Shown: in pieces, positions 1 to 8,900 of the stretch
Numbering within the stretch: position 1 is the stretch's first letter
How the letters are laid out: every line of letters starts with the position of its first letter
Assembly (NCBI GenBank): GCA_043813365.1
Contig: JBDRLB010000042.1
Coordinates: forward strand, 1-39,098
Direction: 5' to 3'
Length of the DNA stretch: 39,098 bases
Origin: Candidatus Micrarchaeota archaeon
GTDB lineage: Archaea > Micrarchaeota > Micrarchaeia > Norongarragalinales > SBBD01
Notes under the pieces: model-generated
Database searches by the model: none
Seen by the model: the letters and a program-made list of their open reading frames with translations, nothing else
What the model was told of the DNA's origin: nothing
Translations under genes and position numbers: made by a program

Positions 1-436
1 CTCAGAATTCCCCCGTCACGCTTTCGCGCATTGCGGAATTTTCGCGCCTGCTGCACCCCGTAGGGCTTGGGCCCTTGTCTCAGTGCCCATCTCGAGGCTC
101 CTACTCCCATAGCCTCTACTGATTATAGGCTTGGTGGGCCTGTAATTTCCGCAGGAAATTGCCTGCATGAAAACTTTACCCCACCAACTACCTAATCAGC
201 CGCACTCCCATCCTACGGCGGTAATGCTACAATTTGCATCCCTTATTGTTTTGGCTTCGTCCCAGAAATCCAAAACTACGGCGTATTACCGTCAGTTTCC
301 CGACGTTGTCCGCCTCCATAGGGTAGGTTAAGTACGTGTTACTGAGCCGTTCGCTACGTTAAGATGACCCAACGTAGAACTTGCATGGCTTAGTCGAATT
401 CTGATAGCGGTATCCTCCAGCAGGATCAACTGGTAT
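1..436 (-). rRNA. rrs: 16S rRNA, 5' portion (continues beyond window start); contains a 34-nt intron
   Basis: Reverse complement reads ATACCAGTTGATCCTGCTGGA...AAGCCATGCAAGT...ACGGCTCAGTAACACGT...CTGAGACAAGGGCCC...CCCTACGGGGTGCAGCAGGCGCGAAA, the conserved archaeal SSU rRNA blocks. The 5' end is approximate (+/- 2 nt). Confidence 0.98.
140..173 (-). other. BHB-type intron (34 nt) in 16S rRNA helix 11
   Basis: Minus strand: GGTGGG-GTAA-AG|T-TTTC-AT-GCAGG-CAATTT-CCTGC-GGAAA-TTAC-AG|G-CCCACC. The central 4-bp helix GTAA/TTAC is flanked by 3-nt bulges AGT and AGG. Cutting after the second bulge base restores the canonical GGTGGGGTAAAGGCCCACC. Confidence 0.92.
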
Positions 437-746
437 TACAGCCCTCCCCCCGAAGAGGAAGAGCTGTACACTCATGCTAATTGCTGAATGTGATACGAAT
501 CGCAAGAACTAATGGCGTTTGCTCCCTTTAGCGCCTGAGTCGAATCTGAAGCCTTAGCAGCTAACTCAAATTCCCATCCTTGCTGCAGTGGAATGAAGCG
601 TACTAGGCCCTAGTCATGGAATCGTAGAGCGCCGTACCCCTTCAAGAATCGGTCATTGCATTAGAAGCTCCGATTTACCGGGTCTGCAGCGATAAAAACG
701 CACTATTGCATGCCAATTGTGCGAAGCATTATTTTGCATGAATGTG

Positions 747-766
747 TATATAAAGCTTCCCTCGTA
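747..766 (-). promoter_or_regulatory. rRNA promoter (TATA box plus purine-rich BRE-like region)
   Basis: Minus strand TACGAGGGAAGC-TTTATATA, about 310 nt upstream of the 16S 5' end. The intervening leader is hairpin-rich. Confidence 0.7.
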
Positions 767-897
767 GGAGTTTGCTTATGGAAGGAGGAATTTTTGATGG
801 TAGTTAGCGGTCGAAAAGAAGCCTTAAAACAGTCCTGTTCCGGGTTTAGAGGCGAAATTGGGCTTATTTTATTTAACAAAAGGAAAAGCAGGTTTTT

Positions 898-1338
898 TTA
901 TTCCTTTTTTAGGAACTCGACACCAATATGATCTGTTTGATGAGAACCCGTCACTTGAACTTGCAGCTTGTACCTTTCGGCTATTTTCTTTGCATAAAAG
1001 TTTACGATCGGAAAAATCGGGATGCCATGCCCCAATTGCGTGTCGAATACAAATTCGCTGGTGCGCAAAATCTTTAACTTGGAAGAATTTGCCTTGTCCG
1101 CGCGCTCGATTTTCGGCTTTACCGGCTGGCCGAAATGCTCCAAGAAGCTCCGCGTCATCCGGTTTGGCGCCCGTTCCTCCTCGGAATGCCTTATCTGGTA
1201 AGGCTCATGGCCTACTTCCCTGAGATATTCTTTCGGCACCTCCCCCCAATATAAGCCCGTAACGATCCTGCGGAGCGCCTCCGCTGCAATTTTTGGCTCT
1301 CCGGCCCTCCTTTTACTTAATGGGATCCGTTCGTTCAT
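898..1338 (-). CDS. hypothetical protein (~146 aa)
   Basis: Open frame with ATG at 1338, 13 nt downstream of the adjacent co-oriented ORF; no recognised family. Confidence 0.65.
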   Translation of the reverse strand: MNERIPLSKRRAGEPKIAAEALRRIVTGLYWGEVPKEYLREVGHEPYQIRHSEEERAPNRMTRSFLEHFGQPVKPKIERADKANSSKLKILRTSEFVFDTQLGHGIPIFPIVNFYAKKIAERYKLQVQVTGSHQTDHIGVEFLKKE

Positions 1339-1351
1339 CAAAATCCCGAAG

Positions 1352-1711
1352 TTATTTTTTTATAAGGAACGTGGTCCTTCTTCCCTCGAGGTCGTGCTCC
1401 ACTGCCATATTGACCTGATTTTTCTTTGCGAGCTGGGATGCGAAGGACAATACCAAATTAACCAAATCGGAACCATTGATAAAAAGATTCACCGGGCGTT
1501 GCCATACGACGGCAGTGGCCCCTTTTTCAGGGTGATGCGCTATTGCCACGGTAGCCATTTTCCCATATCCCTTTGAAAATGCGAGCGCAGCTACAAGGAG
1601 GCCCCTGTCGATTTTTTTCTCGGCAATGATGGGTTCGGCTTCCTTCGGTATATTCCCAAGGTGCATTTCCGAAATGAATTTTCCCAGCTCTTTTGCGGTT
1701 GTTTCCGGCAT
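1352..1711 (-). CDS. hypothetical protein (~119 aa)
   Basis: ORF 1352..1744; likely start MPETTAKE at 1711 after a GGT motif; no recognised family. Confidence 0.6.
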   Translation of the reverse strand: MPETTAKELGKFISEMHLGNIPKEAEPIIAEKKIDRGLLVAALAFSKGYGKMATVAIAHHPEKGATAVVWQRPVNLFINGSDLVNLVLSFASQLAKKNQVNMAVEHDLEGRRTTFLIKK

Positions 1712-1832
1712 GAGACAATTACCCGGCGCAGCAATAAAAATCAACCTCCTTTTGATTCATTTTCTACCGAACGCATTTATCCCAGCTTCTGCCTGCATTC
1801 TTGATGATCAACCAAAGCCTTATATTTGGAAA

Positions 1833-1859
1833 CTGTGGAATATGTGGGGTATGTGGATA
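1833..1859 (+). promoter_or_regulatory. three tandem 9-bp repeats (TGTGG core), putative antitoxin operator
   Basis: CTGTGGAAT-ATGTGGGGT-ATGTGGATA lies between a TTATATTT TATA-like box (~1820-1827) and the antitoxin ATG at 1859. Confidence 0.55.
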
Positions 1860-2106
1860 TGGCGAACATGACATTGTACATTCCGGACGATTTGGGGAAG
1901 AAATGAGGAGGCACAAGGAGCTCAAGTGGAGCGAAATAGCGAGGCAATCTTTCGAGGAAAAGCTACGCATGTTGGAGTGGATGAACGAGCTTTTGAAAAA
2001 TTCCGAAATTACCGACGAAGACGCAATTCGGATGGGCCGGGAGCTGAACAAGCGCATGGCGGAGCGCATACGCAAGGAGCGGGAGAAACGGAAATCGAGC
2101 TCGTAA
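1859..2106 (+). pseudogene. vapB: VapB-type (ribbon-helix-helix) antitoxin, frameshifted
   Basis: ATG 1859 gives MANMTLYIPDDLGKK* (stop 1904-1906). The rest (MRRHKELKWSEIARQSFEEKL...SEITDEDAIRMGRELNK) is in the -1 frame. Together they form the typical archaeal MxxxTLxIPDxL...KWSExAR antitoxin with one base missing around 1891-1903. Confidence 0.75.
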
Positions 2107-2495
2107 TTGATGCAAACATATTGTTCGCTTGCTTCTCGACAAATTCTTTTACTAGGAGGCTGATTCTTTTATAGGGCATGCATTTGTATGCGCCGGAATT
2201 TCTCATCGATGAATTTGAGAAATATCGCCCGATGCTTCTTTCTAAATCAACTTTAATGCACGAAGTATTCGATAATTATGAAAAGCAGTTATTTTCAAGG
2301 ATCGGAATTGTTCCCGACTCTGCTTTTTCGTATTTGGAGGAGGAGGCACGGGAGTTTAGCCCGGATCCCGACGATTTCCGGTATTTCGAATTGGCTTTAG
2401 GGCTGGATTTGCCCATCTGGTCGAATGATCGGATGCTGAAAAAACAGGAGAAGGTTGAGGTTTACACAACGGAAGAGCTCGTCCATCTGCTATAA
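2088..2495 (+). pseudogene. vapC: VapC/PIN-domain toxin, interrupted by an in-frame TAG
   Basis: ELVIDANILFA...RRLILL*GMHLYAPEFLIDEF...DPDDFRYFELAL...IWSNDRML. PIN acidic motifs are present, there is a TAG at 2172-2174, and no ATG sits at the expected start (ACG 2088 or ATC 2094). Confidence 0.8.
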
Positions 2496-2552
2496 TGCCC
2501 AATCGCATCCTTTTTATTTGTTTTCCGTTTAGTTGTTGCAGAGGGGAGGCAT

Positions 2553-2954
2553 ATGGATGGATTGAAGGAGATTACTGTTGTCGCGAGGGATCGCGTAGGC
2601 TTGCTTGCCGATATAAGCGAAATTCTTTCCGGCAGGAACATAAACATCGATTCCGTTTCCGTGGAGACTTCTGCCAGGACCGCCATCATCCGCATACTTG
2701 TGCACGATACGCATACTGCAAAGAAGACGCTCGAAGCTGCCGGGTTCAAGGTTGTTGAAGCGGGCGTGCTTGTAATTGGTTTGCCCGACCAGCCGGGAGA
2801 GCTTGCAAAAATGTCCCGAATCCTCGCAAATAAGAAAATAATGATCGAGAGCGCGTTCATTCTGAGCAAGGAAGGGGAGAAGACGGTGCTCTCGCTGAAA
2901 GTTGACAATTACAGCGCAGCAAAGAAGCTGCTGAGGGAGAATAGGTACATCTGA
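2553..2954 (+). CDS. tandem ACT-domain protein
   Basis: Two ACT motifs: DRVGLLADISEILSGRNINI and DQPGELAKMSRILANKKIMI; RBS GGAGG upstream. Confidence 0.9.
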   Translation: MDGLKEITVVARDRVGLLADISEILSGRNINIDSVSVETSARTAIIRILVHDTHTAKKTLEAAGFKVVEAGVLVIGLPDQPGELAKMSRILANKKIMIESAFILSKEGEKTVLSLKVDNYSAAKKLLRENRYI

Positions 2955-2958
2955 TTAT

Positions 2959-5900
2959 TTACGAGCAGGGAACGAGAGAGGATTGCTCTTCCGGAAGATA
3001 ATTGACAGGATAGGATATCAATTTAACATAAATTTTATCCTTGCATTTGTCAACATCCTCTTGTTCCCAGTTATAATATAAGGGAAGTGAAATCTCTTTT
3101 CCCTGCTTCAGAAGGTCTAGCTGATTGCCCCAGATTTTTTCATTGTTCCTCGAATCCGTGGGGTCCGGATCGTTAAGGCAATAAGTCTTTACGCCGAAGG
3201 TTATGGATTCCTTTTTGCCAGCAGCCTCTATTTGCCTATCCGCTTCAGCCAACGGTTTATTGAATTTTAATTTGAATTCCACCCCACTGTCGATCCAAGT
3301 GGAGAAACCAGCAAGCTTGCAGCTCGTGATTGAGAATAGGTTTGTTTTCATATCTTCTGGATCAAACACGCCGAAAGTTAGCGATCCGAAAGGTTTGCCT
3401 TCGTCCCCGTCCCAAAGCACTTGGCCTGCATCATTGACCCCCGCTATCAACAAATACGTTGCCGGGCTTGCAGGGCCGGCAATCTCATGCGCTCCGCCCG
3501 ATATGGAAATTTCGATTTTTTCAGGGTCTAAGACCTTGTCGGTGTCCTTATTTTGCAAATAGATCACCAGGTAATCGCGCGCACCTGCAGCCCTCGTGTA
3601 ATCTGCAGGAACGGAGTACCTGATAGGAATTTTTTCATTCAACGCGAACTCCCGTTGGCCTGCAGCAATGCCTGCCTGCGGATTGATGCAGATGTCCGCA
3701 ACTCTCAATTTCTTGCTGTCATCCAAATTCAAAACGATGCCGATCGTCTTGTCGGATCCTTCAATGAGCTTTTCGCAGGTTTCCCTGGTTACATCCGGTG
3801 CTTGCGGGATGGTTGCAGAAGCATCAGGAGCAACATTCCTGTTCCTGCAGAATTCGGAGTCGTCCGGCCCTCCAAGCGGGTTGGTGTTGCTGCAAACATT
3901 GCATCCGTAGGGGGTAATCCCATTCGGAGCGTCGGGGCAGATGCCCTTTGCGCATGGGTGGAAGCATTCGGAAAGGAAATCGGCGCTAACGTCATATTGG
4001 GAGCAGGTCTGGAAATGCAAATGCAAGCCGATCTCTTCGTTGCAGTCTTTTCCTTTCGAATTGCCCATCACGCCCACGATGCTCCCCTTGCTGAGCTTGT
4101 CGCCGATGCGTACGTTTATTTCGGCGAGATGGCCATATAGCGTATAGAAATCCGGCTCGCCTGCAACCGAATGCCTCATTATGACGGTGTTGCCATAGCA
4201 ATCCTCACGCATCCTTGCGGAAACGACTTCGCCGGCAAATGGGGCGTACACCCTGGCTTTGCCGTCTGCATCCGGCGTGCCCACAATGTCGATGCCTTGA
4301 TGCTGCCTGTTTTGCCTGTCCGCAAGGAAGCATACGGAATCAAGGGGAGTTGAAAGGGAATAGCGATAGTTGTCAATAATTGCATACGCTTCTTCAACGC
4401 CTTTTTTGTTCATGATCAGGCGGATATCGGCCAGTGGGCGGGAAATCTGCTTCTGTTTTAGCCGGGATTTCGGATTATCTGTCACCGAACTCAGTTTCAA
4501 GGTGAGAGTGTCCTTGAGCCCGTTTTTCTCTATGCTGCCTTTTTCCTCCCCTGTGAGAATTGATCCATAGTCAACGGAGGCCTGGATGGCGCCGTTTTCA
4601 AGAGTGCATTTGGCGTTGCCCTGGGCGTTATTCTTGAATGAGTTCGAGAATGATTGGGAGGTAACTTCGCATGCAATGCTTTTTCCCGCATCCGCCATTA
4701 ATTTGCCCATCTCCGGCGAAATGGAAGTGGAAAATGCCAGGCCATCCAAATCATATTCGTATGAGCCCCTGAATGACGCGACCCAGAGCTTTGCGCTCAC
4801 ATCGGATTTCTTCGCCTTGCAGCTGATGGTGCCTGCTGTTTCCGGAACTGTGGCAAGGGAAACCGCATTCTGTGCATCCTTTTCTGCCTTTGCGTATGTG
4901 CCGTCATCCCCGAGGGAATATTTCTCTTTTTCAAAACCGGCTTGGATCATCACCTTGCTCCTGAAATCGCCAAGCAAGCCGGTATCCGCAGCCGCGTTCT
5001 CGAAACCTGAAATTGCGCAAGTGCCTTCCGTGAAAATTGAATTGGTGTCCTTGAATTCTGCCTCAAACGATGGTTTGGCATCGGTGACGATGAATTGCAA
5101 ATTGCTGGAGATAGGCTCGAGAGTATATTCGCTGACTTCGCCCAATTTCAGGATGATTGGGGCGAGCTTATGAACTCCTGCAGGGTAATAGATGTCGAGG
5201 TAGAGGTCGCTTTTATCATTGAGCGCGCCGGAAGCGGATCTTGAGGAGGCAGCTATTCCAGAACCATCTGCAAATCCCTCCACCTTGAAAACGCCGGAGG
5301 ATTCGCTGCACTTGTCCATCTTGAAAGCGGGGGCCAGCTTGCCTATTTTCGATGGCACGTATTGCTGCCCTGCTGAAATTTGCGTATTTTCAGTTACCTG
5401 CTTGAAGAAGGAGGAATCAGTAGCCACTTTGCATTGCGGAAAGCCCAGATTGGATTGTTGGCCGAGGGGCACGTCATATGCAGCATAGCGCGTGAGAGTG
5501 TACGGGTCGAGCTGGATTTCCTGGGATTCCCATTCCTCATTGTTTGAAGTCTGGAAGCGCTGTTGCTGCGTGCGGGGCATTCCGCGGGCCATTATCCTGA
5601 TGGGAACTGTTCTCGTGCGGCCGGAGCGCAAAGTGATTAGCAGGGGCACATCAAAAGAAGCAGCATTGCACCTGTCCCATGAATAGCCGGAATCAATAGT
5701 AGGGTTTGCATAAATCTGCGAGAGGGAATAATCATACATCAAATTGTTCTGCCCGTAGTAAGGCTGGGGATAGGGATAGGGGGATTGGAGGCTATTCATC
5801 TGCGGGTAATTCTGGTAACCCACGTAGCCATTCCGATATTGCGGAACCGGATAGGAACCGAAGCCGGTCTGGTCGATTGATGAATATGAATACTGTTGAT

Positions 5901-8900
5901 AGGGGGATGAGCCATATTGCGAGTACGACTGATAGGGAGAGGCGCCATATTGGGAATATGGGGAATAGGCGGATGAGCCGTATTGGGAATAGCCCGAATA
6001 TTGATTAGAATATCCGCTTCCATAATAACCGCCCTGCTGCTGGAAGTAAAGCATGCAAGCTGGGTTGCTCCCGTATATCCGCTGGAGGAGGCGGTTGTAA
6101 ACATCATTCCCGGTGAAATCAGCAACAACGTGGATGCGCTGCTCTTCCGGGCCGCAGAACTCAGTCGTGATCCCGAACTCCGCATCCTGTATGGAGCAGC
6201 CGATTACCGGCTCTTCAAAAACACCGAGGGAATAGAAATTGTCGAACCTGCGCGTGTAGGGATCAAGGTAGAAAGTGACCGGGTTGGGGAGAACGGGAAG
6301 GTTGTTGTAGCGGATAATTTTTGTGCTCGCATCCAGAGTGGGTGCGTCTGGCGCCGTCACGATGATGGAGAATGTGCGCAATTGCTGGTCGGATGTGCGG
6401 ATCTGCAGCTTTCCGCGCTGGCGGAAAGTTTTGTTGAGGGATTCAGCGGAATAGTCTGCAGAAATATGTACCAGGCTGCCGGTGCAATCCGCAGTTACGA
6501 GGAAATCATCCTTTGCCTGGATGTCGCAGAAGCTGATTTCGCCGATGTTGCCGCCACTATACATCACATCCGCGAAGCCGTTTTCGTCAAGGCGGAGGTT
6601 TATTACGGAAGGAAGGGCAGCGAAATCATTGCTCTCCAGATCGCTAACCCTGCTGGATTTCACATTGACCCTCACGGGAATGCTCGTCCTGATTGTTGAT
6701 CTGGAAGTAATTGCCTGCTCGAAAATTAGCTGGCAGTTTGTTGTTGCGCTAACATCCGGAAGCACGCCAATTTTGATTTCTGAGGAGCCCTTGAAATTCT
6801 GGACGTAGTTGGGGAATGCATAAAGCACGGGGGTTTCCTGGTTGCCGCAGGTTGAAATTATTGAGAGGTCGCTCTTGTCTGTGAAGGAGGAAGTGATTGA
6901 AATGCTCCGTTCTTCGATTGTGCTGCTGGAATCGCCAATGAATTGCAGTGATTGGGGCGAAACGCGCAGCGCATCATCAGTTATTTCCACGTTAAGGTCG
7001 CATCTGTCGATTGTGCGGTATTTCGGATGGAACACTTTCAGCCCGATTTTGCCGGTTGTCGCCGGCGTGAGGGAAAATTGGTAAATGCCATCCAATCCCA
7101 TGCCGCGCTCGTTGGTTCCTGCAAGCTGCAAATCTTCCGCGGAAAGGGGTGCACGGTCGCAATCATAAAGCATCACGATTGCATCGGTGATCGGATTGTC
7201 TGAGGAATCGTAAACGGAAACTCTCGGTCGTTTCTCCTCGCCGACATTGAACTGCGATGGGGAAATTGCCGCCCTCATGATGTTCTCCCCTGAAATGCGG
7301 AGGTTCTGCCTGTAGGAATAGACATGGTTTTCGGATTTGAAAGCTAGGAGCAATTCGGTTGTGCCCGCCTTGATCGCCTTCAGCTTTATTGACCCGGAAG
7401 TCCTGATATTGGAAGGTATTGCAATGTCCGCGCTTTGCTCCCCTGCCTGCTGCGTGACGGATGGCTCATCAGCAAGGCCCGTGCCGGCTGTCGCGGATGC
7501 GAGTTCGAGGTTGGAATTGATCACCGACAGAGAAATGATCGGTTCCTCCGAAAGCACTTCGAAATTAACGGTGAATTCAGTTCCCAGCGGAATGTCGGTG
7601 CTGCTTGCCTTGAGAGTTATTCTCCTGCAGAAGGAGCCGTCGGCATTGCAAATAAGTGGTGAATCAGTTACCTTAATCTGCACTTCCTTGTTTCCGTTCG
7701 CACACATTCTTCTTACGAGGTCGAGGGGCTCTACAGAATCTTCCACCAGGAGATCCTCGGATTCGGGGTAGCTTATCACAACTCCCTTCTTCTCGGAATA
7801 TGCCTTGTAGAAGAACGTGACTGGAGAGGATGCAGTTGCATCATGCGATACTGAGAATTTTATGGCGATCTCCTTCGTCCCTGCAGTGCCTCGGGGGAAA
7901 ACCAAATCAACGGAATTGATGGTGCCGTTGCCATCCGTTGTAGAATAGCACGTGTCTGGGGAGTATCTTGAGGAGGTGAAAAGGGATTGCGCTGCAGAAT
8001 CGATTTCCAATAGTTTCAATATCCCGTTTGTTGGCGAGATGTGTGCATGGAAACCCGCGATTTCCGCTGCTGACGGGAATGTGACTATGAATTTCGCATA
8101 GTATGTTTCGCCGTTCCCTAGCTCCTTCACTTCCTCCCCGGATTTGAAAATGCCGATGAACGCTGCCGAAACAGATGTGGCATCCTTTTCTGAAACAAGG
8201 TTAAGCTGCATCTGCCGGAATTCCTTTGGCGAAAGGATGTAATGGTCGGACGTGGTCTTCAAATATTTCGGGGAAAGCCCTACAAGGTAGAATTCGATGT
8301 TCGAAGGGATGTTGCTTATTGCGCACCTCCACTCCGCAATTTCGCATTCCCCAAGCATGTCGCCCGCATCCGTCTGCGCAGTCACCTTCCCAGCTGTGAG
8401 TTTCGCTTTCGTTATCGCATCCACGAGCACAACATCCATGTTTGCAGGAGCGGAAACAAGGTTGATGAGGAGGTTTTCAACTCCTTCGGAAGAAATTATT
8501 GCACTCCTGCCGACGCTTGCCTCCCTAGAGGCGGTTGCCAGCAATTTATATGAAGAACCCTCGATTTCCCGCGGAATTCTGAAAGTTACCTTCCCGTCGA
8601 AATCGGTGCTGCCCGCAGGCATTCCCAGGAAGTAGCCGTCGGACTTGAAAAGCGCGACCTCCGCAGACTCGGAAGGCTCGCCATCCTCCAGTACGGTGAT
8701 TTCCAGATCGGCAGAATTCTCATCATTCTGCTTCTCGAGCATGATTTTCTGCTGCTGTGTGGAGGCGGAAGCGGTGATTGATGCCGGCAGGTAGCCGGAT
8801 GCATAAGCCGTAATATAATACTCATTGCCCTGCTTCACCAGGATGCTTGCCTTCCCGTCTGCACTGGAAATTAATTTTTTCGGCAGCTGCTTGCCCTCGA

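Noticed and set aside
218..246. Second intron in 16S helix 10 region
   Set aside because: This is a naturally variable helix and I could not build a BHB with defined junctions.
1889..1906. Programmed -1 frameshift in the antitoxin at T_TTG_GGG
   Set aside because: It is not an A/U-type slippery heptamer, no stimulatory structure is evident, and the partner toxin is also broken.
2172..2174. TAG read-through (pyrrolysine or stop-codon reassignment) in vapC
   Set aside because: TAG is the normal stop for purE, rps8e and fttA in this window, and the same locus has other inactivating lesions.
5893..5991. CRISPR-like periodicity
   Set aside because: In-frame 33-bp coding repeats with synonymous variation and no spacers. 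No CRISPR array or cas gene is seen in the window.
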